From Takakia lepidozioides (taxonomy: Eukaryota > Plantae > Bryophyta), in contig CM060734.1 in assembly GCA_030704615.1 (NCBI GenBank), positions 53,320,001 to 53,384,000 on the forward strand: a stretch of 64,000 bases of DNA, read 5' to 3'. The notes beneath the pieces are model-generated. The model had not been told where the DNA came from, did not search any database, and saw only the letters and a program-made list of their open reading frames with translations. Both the position numbers and the translations under genes were made by a program. Shown here piece after piece: positions 51,746 through 64,000 of this stretch (positions are counted from its first letter, which is position 1; every line of letters starts with the position of its first letter).

Positions 51746-53913
51746 ATGGCGGCACTGTGTCGGGCAACCATTCTCAATGGAGGATGCCGTAGTGCTTTAC
51801 TTCTGTCGAACGCACCCTCGACATTATCAAGGAGCTCTTTGTTTGGAGTGCAGCTGTCTTTTTACGCAATGAACTCCTCGTTCGATTCTTCGGCCCTGGC
51901 TTCACCATTGATCTGCTATGCAATGGTAATTTCTGTACTTTCCGCTCCTCAAAGACCCTTTCTTAGTTGGACCCTGCGGCGTTCATGTAAGTGAACTCTA
52001 AGGATGCTAGTAAAACATGCGAAATGATGGACCTCTAAAGTTGTCTCTATGATATGTCCTTGTGCCAGACATGGTGGTCGGACGCCGCCCGACAACTGCA
52101 ACCAGATTGGCAGGTATGTTTCACATTGACCTTATATTTAAGTGCAGGCTCTTGCCCCTCTGCATATTCGATATCCTTTTGTCACTTTCTTGCCTGACAA
52201 AGTGGATGAGAATTAATTCATGTTCTACAGATCGAAACAGTCCCAGGTTAGTCGGAGGTGTTTAAGAATGGAATCCGGTTGTGAGGTTTCTAGACTCGTG
52301 ATTGGAGTTAAGTGAGTTAAGTGTACACACTCTCTCTCTCTCCTCTCTCTCTATCAAGGGAATCTATCAAGGGAATTGTGCCTGTACCCCTGTTTACCAA
52401 CTTTGAAAGCCTCGAGGCTGAGCCAAAAGCCCAGGCCCTCCTGAGGCCTAGTTTTTGGGCAAATCACACACAGCAGATTGATGCTTGTGTGAAGGGATTT
52501 CTAGAGGATATCTGGAAACCCCGGATTAATTCTATATATGAAGGTAAGTCTTACTACCAACGCCAGCCCCTGACAGAGGTAGGTTCTGTCCCTTTTGTTC
52601 CCGCTCAAACTGGCGCGGGGTCAATGGCCACAAGGCTACGGCAAACAACGTCTTATGAGTACAATCTTTCTCTCTCTCTCAATTGCTGGGCAGCTCACAC
52701 ACAGCAGATTGATGCCTGTGTGAAGGGCTTTCTAGAAGGATTCTGGAAATCAACGTAATTCCCACTACTGGAGTGAGCCCCTCACAAAGGTAGTGTCTGC
52801 TCCCTCTTGCTCCGCCCAAAAGTCCTGAAAGAGAGAACGAACTCATAAGACATTGTTTGCCACAGTGCCACAGATCCCCTGCCCAGTGAAAAAGAGATAT
52901 TTCAATCCTCAATGATTTACTCAATGGAAATTGTTCATGCTGGTTGTTCTCTACGTCAGAAAGCTCACATGGACAGAGTCCAAAAGCTGGAGGCCTTGCA
53001 AGAACGGTCACCAGCAACCACTCAAGAAATCCAAATTTCGAAAGTGAAACAGCCAACAGTTTTTGAAGACCTCAAGAAGCAGGGGGCCGAGGCACTGTTT
53101 GGTGGGGGTTTTGCCCAGGAAATGATAATTGGACGGGCTGCAATGCTTGGTTTCTTGTCAGCTATGACTACTGAAATTGAGGCAGGCTGTAGTGTATGGC
53201 AGCAGCTCTCTGTCAGGTACATCACTTCTCTTTTGTTCAGTTGAGGGGATTTCTTGTGCTCGTGCCAAATGTGGAAGTTCTAGACTCAAGAATGAGTTTA
53301 CTGGAAGTTGAGGCAGTCGTGTTGTGATATTGTAGAGCTTGAGAGCCACACTTGCGCTAGTCAACAGCAGACTGTTAAGGCAAACCTTTGAGTATTTGTA
53401 CGCATAGACATGTGGTAAAGATCCACAATCCAACTACAGAGGTAGCATGATTGGTCCCTTTCAGTTCATAAGGCGATTTTTTGTCAGGGAAACTGATGTT
53501 GTTCATGTAACTGAAAGGGAGAGAAGAGTGCTGAGAAGAGAAGGGAGATAAAAGACTGCCATTAAGGCCCAGCATGAACAAGTGTGTTCTCATTCAATTT
53601 GCACTGGCCAGTTGTGTGTTTAACTCAGACGTGTAGACAAGAGATTCTTGGCTGAAGCATGTCAGAAGAGGGGATCTAGAATTCACCTACGATTGTTGTC
53701 TTGTATGCAGGGGAGGGTTGGCGCTAATAGTGATGGGGGCAGTGTTGGCTGGATCATTAACTCCACGCATCAAGGAGAATGGACTAGACTGCTCTGCCAA
53801 TCCACTTGGACCATTCACAGCAAGAGCAGAACGCCTAAATGGTCAAGCAGCTATGGTGGGATTTTGCCCTCTTACTTGTGATTGAGACGGTCAAAGGCAG
53901 TGCGGTGTTCTGA
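51746..53913 (+). pseudogene. ELIP-like three-helix LHC-family protein. Exons 51746-51925, 52069-52113, 52960-53216, 53711-53913; frameshift near 53860
   Basis: Transit-peptide-like exon 1. LHC motifs EMIIGRAAMLGF and AERLNGQAAMVG. The expected C-terminus FALLLVIETVKGSAVF is in another frame. Confidence 0.75.
52362..52752 (+). mobile_element. LINE 3' fragments (52362-52665 and 52685-52752) within a (CT)n tract
   Basis: Same family tail GGCTACGGCAAACAACGTCTTATGAGTACAAT, flanked by (CT)n. An inverted tail relic sits at ~52840-52860. Confidence 0.9.
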
Positions 53914-55973
53914 TTTGAAGATGGGCAAGCATGGTGACTTGTATTTTAAGTTCGAGGAGCAATGACATGTCACACATCTACCCCTGCAGCACGGCCATAT
54001 TTCTGCAAAGTCTCTTCTTTGGAAACTCCCATCCCCAAGTTTCTGTGCAGTAGTACCTTGATACATTGAGTTTAAATGTCAAAATGTCTGTGTAGTGGAC
54101 AATCTGTACGGTATAGTATGTACATCTAGCCATCTCTCTATTGTTAACATGGGTAAAGAGTTTTTGACAAGCCGGAGGAATCAGGCAATTGGGATATATG
54201 CTTTGAGGAGTCTTCAGAACATTCTGAATTTGAGGCAGCACCCCAGTGTCTAACTCATGAGGCCCAAAAACAATTGGTTCTCTTTCTGTAATGTGCTATC
54301 TTCGGACTCACTTCTGAGTGTCATGAGCATCACAGCAGTGCTGCATGTTTGGCATCCACACCACCAATTTACTAGCGGTTTCTTCACTGCACGACACCAG
54401 GGGTTGCCGCCATTCCCCCACCCCGCTCAACTACATGACTTTGCAAGCTTCCCCGCTAACTGTCCAACACACGCCCGTTTTGTTCGCTTTGCAGACAAAG
54501 GTGCTGCATTATCCTCTTGGATTGAGTTTCATTCAGTTTCATTGAGTTCCTTTGAGAGATCTTTTGGACATGTTGCACAAATCATGAACTGACACTTAAA
54601 CCCGCTAGAGTCCAACTGCAACGCTGCTCGCAGCTATAAAGCAAGATGGAGGCAATGCCGGTAGGTGGGTGGATGTCTGAATGCAAAGAAAGTCTCCTTC
54701 CTGGAAACTCACAAAGAGCAGCGCTGCTTCCACAGCTTTCTTTTTTGGGTTATCGCGCTTCCTCACAGCTGCGAGAAACAGGGCTATCTTCGTTTAAAAA
54801 TGAACGAAGGCATTCGTCACTGTGGAGCAACGGGCCCTAAAACATGTTGAAGCGATGGTGGCCTTGAGGACGCGGCGAGCATGTGGGGACCAGTGAAGCC
54901 GTTTGCGTGCAAGGTAAAGCCGCTCTCTGTGTGGATATCTGGATGTTGTCCATGGTGATCTGTACTCGGACCCTTCAATTTCCTTTGCAATCTGTTTTTT
55001 TGAATTGTTTGGATGGACGAACGAGGGAGCAGAAGAGACGCAGGTGTAGGGAGGGAGAGGCACGGATTGGGCATTTATAGTATCTTTGGTTTTGATCAAA
55101 GTGAGCTGAGGAATGGTGCCACTCTTGTGGCAAGCATGTTCTGGAAGCGGTTCAGATCGGCAATTGACCCCAAAAGGGACCACGGGCCTCCATGAATAAT
55201 AGGCGCTGAACTTTGACATGCACCGTACTGCATTGTATGCTATCTTCATCTGCAAAGGTCGAAGGATCCCCTATGATAGATACAGGTTGTTATGCATCCA
55301 TATTTCCTTGTGAAGCCCTGCTGGATGCAACCAATTTAGCATGGACTTTCCTTTACGCTCTCACGGCCATCCTTGTGCTGTGTTCAAGTTTGAAATTCTT
55401 CATGTGGTGCCGACCATAACGCTTACGGTGAGCGGCAGTGAAGGGGGTACCGGGATACTGTCTAATTATGATGCTACCCGGGCTGAAATCCAACCGTGCT
55501 AGTCTTGAAAAGCATGCCAGCTAATTTTCGAGAGGGAGGTTAGATCATCTGTCCGGAGATGTAACATCAGAAGGGCCTGTACTTTGTTGGTGTTGTATTT
55601 CTGCTTGCAGTGCAGCCATGGATGATTTCTCTCAAATAAAGCTCGCACTTTTGATTTCAGCTTTGACCAACATTGACTGAGTAGCAGGTGGGTGTTCAAC
55701 CCTTCTAGATACAACGGAATCTTTCAGAAGTTTAAGGGCCAGGAAGTAACAGCAAATTAAGCAACCTGTCCTCATATTGAGTTATGATGTATGTTGCCCT
55801 GAAGATACTATTCTTGATTAACTGTTATGGTACAAGTATATGGGGGTGCCTTTCAGACTTGCTTGTCACTTCCCAAATCATGAGACTTCTACCAGTAGAG
55901 GGATAGAGCGCAAGCATTTGTCCACAGATGGGTTTGTGTAGGAGATAAATGGAGCCTATTTTGCATGCAGGCA

Positions 55974-58881
55974 ATGCTTCGACCAAAACAGCTGCTGCCC
56001 TTGTGCAAGGGAGCCCGATCATGGCTTGTAGCTACAACATATGGGACCCGGACTGGTGATCAGCCGGGTAGTCCACATGGTCTGCCTAATCCTGATGATC
56101 AAGATGGAAAGTATGAAAGGCCTCCTTACATCTCCAAACCGGCTCTGGGCCAGGCAGAGAAACTCTCTTCTCCAGCAAAACCAGCTGAACCATCTGCTCC
56201 TGGTAGAGAAACAGCTGCGTTGCAGCCTCCTTTCTGCAATGCATCTATTCCTGGCATCTATTTGAAAGAAACATTTACAAAATGTGCAGGCCTCGATGGA
56301 ACTGCAAGTGCAGACCACTCGGAGGGAAAACCTTCCCAGAGGACAGGAAATTCAGCTGGTGCAAGTTTCAATGAGCCCTCTGCAGAGCCTAGCACTTTGC
56401 AAAAGGTTGGGTTGGCAGCTATTAGTGGGTTGTGTGGTTTGGAGACTGGTGTGTTTCCCTCCGCTGGTAATGGATCCAGCCATGGTAGGATACCTAGAGA
56501 ACGACATGGTGCAGCAGGTGTCAGGAACACAGCTGCAGTTATATTTGAGAAGGAAGGATTTGGGAGCCATAATGAAGTACCACGCAGCAATCCATCTTCC
56601 ACCACTTCTGAGTTAGAGCTTCAGTCTGCTTCTGCTGGAAGAGCAGCAGCCTCCTGCCTCTCAACTGCTGGGAGCACTCACCGAAGTTCAGGTAGTGGCA
56701 GCACCTTGCAGAACACAGGTGGCACCTCGAGGTTTGAATGTCAAAGCCATATTCGGCAGACCCGGCCTTCATCCCAACAGGCTCCCCCGCCGTCTCCATG
56801 GTCATCGATTGGAGGCAAGGTTGGACAAACCTCACCTGCTGTTCTCCCTAGGCAGCTGTCCGTTGCAGGGTCTGCAACAAGTTTCCCGAGGGTCGAGGGA
56901 CAGAGGTGGAATGGTGGAGCAGCACGAGGTGGGCACCATGGCATGATGCAAGTGGGAAGCAGGCGGCACACACACAAGGCAGCCACTGAGTCGAGAGCTG
57001 CAGTAGGGGAGGTGGTGGATCATGTTTGCAACATTCTCAGGCAGCTGAACTGGAATTCTGACACCTTGGAGGAGCTATCTCATGTAAATACAAAGCTTAG
57101 TGCATTTCACATCAATGAGGTGTTGAAGCATCAGAAAGAAGCTGGGTTAGCCTTGAAGTTTTTTGATTGGGCCAAAGGGCAAACTGGGTATAAGCATGAT
57201 GTATGCACGTACACAACCATGATTGGGATATTGGGGCGCACTAGAAACTTTGAAGCCTGCACCCGGTTGCTGGAGGAGATGCGTAGAGAAGGCTGTGAGC
57301 CCTCTGTTGTCACCTACAACAGGATGATTCATTCATATGGCAGAGCCAATTACTTGGGAGAAGCACTTCGAATATTCCATCAAATGCAGGAGGTTGGGTG
57401 CACTCCTGATCGGGTGACCTATTGCACACTGGTTGATCTGCATTCTAAGGCTGGCTTTCATGACATTGCTATGGACATGTACCAGCAGATGCTGCAGGCT
57501 GGGTTCCAGCCTGATACCTTCACCTACAGGTCTACTCTTGTGATTAGTTCGCACGTTCTCTGTAGCTTTCAGTATGAGCCTTGTGGCATAACATATTGGC
57601 ACTTGTGTATTTCCCAACTCCAATTGTAGTAAGCCTGTTCTCTCTCATTCTGGCTGTCCAATAACTTTTTAGCTGTCAGTAGTTATCAGAGCTGATTATT
57701 GACATGTGGTGTGTATTCTATGCAGTGTTATCATCCACTGCCTGGGAAAGGCAGGCAAGGTGACTGCGGCGTACAAGCTTTTCCAGGAGATGATTGATCG
57801 TGGATATACGCCCAACCTGGTGACTTACAACATTGTTATTGACTTGCAGGCTAAGGCAGGCAATCCACACATGGCTATGAAGCTCTACAATGATATGCAG
57901 GATGCAGGTTTTCAACCCGACAAAGTTACTTACAGTATAATGATGGAAGTTCTAGGCCAGGCAGGCCATATTGATGAGGCTGAGCGTGTTTTTTTTGAGA
58001 TGGAGCAAGCTGGTTGGACACCTGATGCACCAATGTATGGATCCATGGTTGACCTGTGGGGCAAAGTAGGGAATGCTGACAAAGCTTGGGAATGGTATAA
58101 AAAGATGCTGGATTCAGGGCTCACAGCCAATGTGCAAACTAGTAACGCCTTACTGGGTGCTTACCTACGAGTGCAGCGGTATGATGCTGCGCATGAGGTG
58201 GTAGAGTCAATGTGTGCATGGGGCATGTTTCCTACCCTGCAAACTTACACTATCCTTCTGAGCTGCTGCACTGGCAGTGAGCAGAATGAGCAAGTTATGG
58301 GGCTAATGGCAAGCACTTCTCACCCAGCACACAACTTTGTGTGCACCTTGCTTTCCCCAGACCTGCAAGGTCAGGAGCTTAAGCCGTTTATGCAACACTT
58401 TTTTGATGGCTTGCATGGTGAGGAGCATGACAGCAAGCGCGGCTTTGCAGATGCATTGATCGAGTTTCTGCATCAGCTTGGGCACAAATCAGAGGCCGGG
58501 GTGGTTTGGGAAGTTGCAAGGGAGCATAACCTCTACCCCCTTGCCGTGCGGCAGAAGTCAAAGAATCACTGGTCCATTGATTTGCATGTCATGTCAATAG
58601 GGACAGCCTTGGTGGCTTTGTCAAGAACACTGGTCGACTTTAGGGAAGCGATGCTTCTCACTGGAAAGGCACCTGACCGCATTGAGATCATCACGGGCTG
58701 GGGTAAACGCAGTCGAGTGACAGGTTCCTCCTTGGTAAGGCAGGCCGTGCAAAACATGCTGAGAGGTGTAGGTTCTCCGTTTTTTGTGGAAAATGCGAAT
58801 TTGGGGTGTTTTGTGGGATATGGCAAACCTCTTTCACAGTGGTTACATCAGCCACAAGTCGAACACATGCTTTTGCTTTAG
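55974..58881 (+). CDS. P-class pentatricopeptide repeat protein with C-terminal SMR domain (At1g74750/At1g18900-like). Exons 55974-57529 and 57726-58881
   Basis: ALKFFDWAKGQTGYKHDVCTYTTMIGILGR, tandem PPR motifs, and SMR-like WSIDLHVMSIGTALVALSRTL...IEIITGWGKRSRVTGSS. Confidence 0.93.
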
Positions 58882-59654
58882 GCTCAACCATTTTGTCACT
58901 GCTTCCCATTCGATTCTTATGTGTGCATTACAAGTGATCCCGGGGTTTCCCTCGGCCGACCCACTACAGGCATGCTTCCCAAATCATAAGGATCTAGCTT
59001 CTCCCTTATGGAAAATATGAATTGGGATGCTTTGTGGTATGCGTCAAACCACTTTGAGAGTGGATGGCACATCTGGACCACAAGCTTTTGCTATAGACTA
59101 AAACAAGTTTGTCATACCGGCGATTCCTTCATTATGTCAATTACTACTGCTTTTTGCTTGGCACATGCCAATTCTTATATTTATCCATGGCTACGCCGAA
59201 TGCTTGGGAAGTGAGACTGCATTTAAATCTGTGCAATTGAGCTGCAACTTGCAGACTTCACTTTCCTAAGAGATTGGGCAGCTTGTTACTTCAGTACCAC
59301 ATATACAGCTGATGTCAAGTATGACATCAGGACTTACATCTTGAGGTTATAGTAGGATTTCAGAATCCTGTTTGACATTTGCATCTTCAGGAAAACATAG
59401 GTATTGTGTTATCCTTCTTCAATTCTTCATCTCAGATGAAATGATTCCATCTTGTATATTCCATTCTACTCAAATTCAAGGGATATGGAATGTCTGTCCT
59501 CAAAATACAGAGCAGAAACTCCTAAAATTACGATGTAGCACTAAATGTTCTGTGGTGCCCAACGCCCTGCTACCCTTGGACCTTTGTTACAATCTATGCT
59601 TCTACATGGCGGAAGTGCTTGATATATATATTGGTATTCCATACCTATGAAATA

Positions 59655-60165
59655 CCAAATGACCATTTCCATTTCCAATAAGCTTGGTCTCATGTCCAAT
59701 GAACTTTGCTTCATTTCCAATAAGCTTGGTCTCATGTCCAATGAACTTTGCTTCATTTCCAATAAACTCTGTCTCACTTCCAATAAACTTTGCCTCACTT
59801 CCAATAGTAAACAGTGACTCATTAATTGAGCACGATTTAATCAGATTTGGTTTAGTGATGCATGATTTAATGGTCTAATGGCGCACTTGGAAACCCTAAT
59901 GACCACTTCCATTTCCAATAATCTTTGCCTGGCTTCCAATAAACTTGTCTCACTTCCAATATGCACCGGCTCACAATGGAGCACAATTTAATGAGACTTT
60001 GTTTAATGATGCATGATTCAATTGTGTAACGGCGCACTCGGAAAGCCAAATGACCATTCTTTCTTTCAATAAACTTTGCCTCACTTCCAACTAATGGATG
60101 GTTTAATGGAACATGATTGATGGTCAAACCACACCCTTGGAAGACTAAGCGTCCACTTCCAATAC
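59655..60165. repeat. 21/42-bp tandem repeats (TTCCAATAAACTTTGCCTCAC-type), probably subterminal repeats of the adjacent MULE
   Basis: Direct reading of the sequence. Confidence 0.75.
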
Positions 60166-60784
60166 ATGTTTCACTAAAAACAAATCTTAGATTTCTTAAG
60201 ATTCTTTAAACAATCATATTCAAATTTCAGCCATATCTTTTTAGGCCATATTCAGCCCAAAAGGCCTCTCATTTTACAATAATAGGGTCATGAATGCAAG
60301 CGTGCGAGAAGGACGGTGGGCCCGTCGTCCAGACGAGGGCCCCTCGCGCCCACCCGCCCGCCGCGGCTGCCCCTCCCGGGGTGCGTCCACCAGCCGCTCC
60401 GCTGCGGCTAGTCCGCTCCCGCTAGTCCGCCTGTCCGCTAGTCTGCCCACCCGCAAGATCTGGGCCGTCCAGGACGAATCCCATCGCAGCCCTCCAATTT
60501 AGGGCCTTATCTCTGCCGCCTGCCATCTGCCACCAGCTGTAAACGTGGGTCCTGTTTCTCCGTGCACGTTCTCCATCGTGTCATGCGGCGCTTTCGTTGC
60601 AGGTTCTGGAGCGTGTGTTCTGCACTGTACAACGCATGGACGTAGGAGCGAAAGCCGACGACATGCAGCAATTAAAGAGCCGGCTTATACGCCCTCTTCG
60701 ACAAAGTTTGCAAACACCAAAACCAGGATCTTTCAACAATAGGACCTCCATTGGAAGTGTGAAACGCAATATGAGTTTAGGGGG

Positions 60785-62093
60785 GTGCAAGTGCGTGTTA
60801 AAAAGGCCTGTATACCTTGGGATAGAGTTGCGGACTTCGTCCATAGAGAGGAGAGTGTGGAGGACTGCCCCACTCAATATTGGGTACATGTGCACAGTAA
60901 AGTGGACGCCGGAGTGCGGAAAGCTCCCAGAGGGAACACCTTCTTGAGCAGTATCATGTGTGCATCATCCTCATTGTGGTTTAGGGATGTCACTGCATTG
61001 TTGTTGTGATTTGTATTTGTCTCCAACTGTGGCTTCCATAAGTCCATAGGTTGATATTTCGAATTCCATTTGATAGGTATCAATGCTGCTACGGACCCGA
61101 CGACAAGCGCACGGTCAATGCAACTGTCGAGGATCCAAAACAAAAGCGTGGAGGTCCGGATGTGGGTGCTGGCACTAAACACCCACATAAAGGCCCAAGA
61201 AGGAAGAAGTCGGACTACGGGTTGTCGTACAAGCGTGGGTGTCTTTGTTGTTTCAAAGTGCAGCAATCTTATCTTGCCCCGGACATTTGTGTCCTCACAT
61301 ACTACAACAACATGGAGCACGTGGATGCCTTAGGGAAACCCTCATATGGCAAGACCGCAGAGTTCATGAACACACGGGCACCCTACGCACCCCGCATTAG
61401 CGAGGAATTGAAAGCCTGGGTCGTTGAGTGTTTGTGCCAAGGCCTCACGGTCGCACAAATAGAACACAAGGAGCACGTCATGAACAACACAGGTTTGGGA
61501 GATGCATGGACACGTGATGATTTCCTTCTCGAGCAAGATGTCCGCAACTTGGCTGAGAAACGGGCGTGGTAGACGTTCAAAAAGCATGCCAACGATGCCG
61601 ACAGCGTCCGCATGTGGAAAGACCTAAACCCCGCATCAGTCTTCTTCTATCGAGAAGAAACATTGGCGCAAACCTTCAAGGAGATTTGACATTCACTATT
61701 GGCATTCAAACTGAGTGGCAGATTCAGAGAATGCTTCAATTGGGACATGTCCGTATCGTTGCATGCGATGCAACCTTCGGGACAAATCACCACAAGGTAC
61801 GATTCATCCCTCTTACCATTTCTGCAAATCAATTGTTTGTAGGATGTTGCACATTGGAACCAACTGACATAGTGACATAGTGCATCTGAACAGTTCTCAT
61901 TCTACACTTTGATGGTTTTCGACAAGTGGCTGAACGGTATACCAGTTGCGTACATCATATCCGCCAGGAATAGGACAACAGACCTGGTGCCAAGGATGAC
62001 AGCCTTGCGTGACCGACTCCACTCAGATATGCTGACCTGGCCACCCAATGCCTTCATTGTCGATGATGCGGACGCTGAAATAAACGCTATAAG
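60785..62093 (+). pseudogene. MULE/SWIM-type transposase-like gene (At4g13970/At1g60560-like family), disrupted
   Basis: IPWDRVADFV, YQCCYGPDD, KRGCLCCF, FTIGIQTEWQ, ACDATFGTN, GIPVAYII and FIVDDADAEINAIR. In-frame stop at 61570 and a frameshift near 61660. Confidence 0.82.
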
Positions 62094-62169
62094 GTGAGTC
62101 TTCCATACCTCAATAGACACCCACTGTTGAAGTCCTCTGGCATGCAACTGTCGTCATAGTGTGCTTTGG

Positions 62170-62545
62170 TAGAGTCGCGTACAACAGTTCCCCGAGAGAC
62201 TCACATGCGGGAGTCTGCTGGCAGACTGGACTCGGACCAAGTCGCGTGGGCAAGCCTAACTCGCCCGACCAAGTCGCTGGCAGACTTGTCCGGCCGAGTC
62301 CGCCAGAAGACTCGCATGGGCGAGTCTGCTGGCACCCTCCATGGGTCTGCTGGCAGACTTGGGAGGGGAAGTCGGCCCGCCAGACCCGTAGGCAGGGTCT
62401 TGCGACCAAGTTCGTTTAGGGGTGGGTGTGGAGTCTGCTTTGGGCTACTCGGCTGGCAGACTCGCATGTGCGAGTCCGCTGGCAGACTCGTGTGGGCGAG
62501 TCCGCTTGCAGTCAACGGACCAAGTCCGCTGGCATACTCGGCTGT
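62170..62545. repeat. GC-rich array of palindromic GAGTCTGCTGGCAGACTC-type repeats
   Basis: About 7 variant copies at ~62210, 62272, 62322, 62344, 62450, 62472 and 62523. Confidence 0.85.
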
Positions 62546-62589
62546 CAAAATGGCCAACTGCCCAACAGACAAAGCACTCCAACAGATGC

Positions 62590-63270
62590 AATGGACTAGC
62601 AGTCCAACAGACCAACAGTCCAAGATGATCACCCCATGTGCAAAAGAGATTGCAGGGAAAGTATAGATACGGCACTGGGACTCCTGCAGGAAGAAGTTCA
62701 CAACGCTCCGAATGCTACGCCGTCAGCCATTGCGCTTGCGGCAAGCAAGACGTTGTTGCAAAAATATATTCTTGGAGAACCAGATGATATCTTAGCCAAA
62801 TTGGACTCCTCAAAGCTAGATGCTGTTATGGACCATTTTTCCACTTTAAGCTCGCCCAATGTCCGGAATCACATCAACGAACTGCGAATAGGCCCAAGGA
62901 ACAGAGGTCCTCTTGATAGCATTCTGGACTTGAAGCGTAGAAGCAAATTGACTTTATTCAAGATAGTGTCTTTCCAGGCCAGGGATCCTTGAAAGTGTAC
63001 TTATTCAAAATGTCCACGGTGGGGGAGGGTAGTGGAGTTAGCCTGGTCCGAAGAATGCAACCTGGAGGCGATCTGCAGAAATCATGGCTCATGTTCGACC
63101 ATGTCAAATGTGTTAAAGAGTGGACAACCATGGCTTGTCATGTGTATGATCCCACTTACCAAAGAGTAATGACTATAGCCGTTTGCGACATGCAATCCGA
63201 GGACACAGAATCTCAAATTCTGATGTGGAGGTCTCTTGTGAACATCATGAATTTGAATGGTGTGTCAAGT
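62590..63270 (+). pseudogene. Second, different MULE-like transposase fragment
   Basis: KVYLFKMS...SGVSLVRRMQPGGDL...WLMFDHVKCVKEWTTMACHVYDP...IAVCDMQSED, with frameshifts. Confidence 0.65.
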
Positions 63271-64000
63271 TATTTTACCACTAGTGTGAAGTTAGCTAGG
63301 AAATAGCTAACTTTTATATATTGACATTTGGGATTGACCCAAGTGTCAATCCAGGGGCCAATACATGTTTGGGCACCTGACGTTGTTATCTTCACGGCAG
63401 ATCGCGGTGGGCTCATCTTTCTCGAGTTGAGCCTCACCGCGTCTAGCTATGGCGCTGTAGTGTGGATTCCCCATGGCATAGGGTGCACTTGGCTCGACTT
63501 AATATATGAGTGATGTTTTCATGTGCAAGTATGTGAGTTTGAGAGAGCTTGTGTGCTTGTATTATTCTCTTTCCTTATCACTCGAGAAAAATGAGCTCGA
63601 GTCTGTGAGTGCCAGGTTCGAGTTGTTTTGTAGCACTTGTGTTTTCATGAGAAGTGGTTCAGCCTCGAGTGCAGGGATCCGTGCGTGAGCCTATCTAAAG
63701 CGGATAGAGTGCAAAGGCGAACATGTTGCAGATTTGCAATGGATAGAGAGGCGGGTAGCCTATGTTGAAGAGCGGCGTTGCATAGCTCAACGCTATGGCA
63801 ATCAAGTTTGGGCTTCTAGTGTGAAGCGGAGGAGATGCTAGCCACGAGTGGGCGAACTGGTGGTCGTCTTCTTCAGTTGCAGGCCAAGTTAAGGAGCTGC
63901 AGGAATGTGGGTTGTGCATGGGAAGCTAGCATGTTGCAGGTTGGAGATGATATGATCAGCTCCAAGTATTTCTACCCGAAACTAGTTGTTGCGGGTAGAT

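Noticed and set aside
62170-62545. CRISPR-like palindromic array
   Set aside because: Irregular spacing, spacers built from related motifs, and location within TE relics.
63300-64000. Possible retroelement at the window end
   Set aside because: No recognisable motif or terminal structure within the window.

Overview
Eukaryotic nuclear DNA from a land plant, probably a non-seed plant such as a bryophyte or lycophyte; this is inferred from gene content and TE types, not proven. Left to right: (1) right end of a CACTA (En/Spm) transposon whose TnpA-like gene contains an FCP1/HAD-like domain (1-6712); (2) host genes ETO1-like, lipid/sphingoid phosphate phosphatase delta, intronless ITPK1, snRNP27 (minus strand, start codon apparently formed by splicing) and, head-to-head with it, a PAP/fibrillin gene with LINE-filled introns; (3) a short plastid 23S rRNA fragment and a ~4.7 kb AT-rich island of palindromic and foldback repeats with a tRNA-derived SINE; (4) an L1 fragment, a CYP59/PPIL4 pseudogene with internal exons flipped to the minus strand, and a frameshifted ELIP-like gene; (5) a PPR-SMR gene; (6) two different MULE-like transposase relics separated by a palindromic repeat array. 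The most distinctive element is an APE-RT-zinc-finger LINE family with at least 7 pieces here. All lie in introns, most beside (CT)n tracts; the family has almost no 3' UTR and no poly(A), and it has inserted repeatedly at the same site. Exon boundaries and family calls were read by eye.
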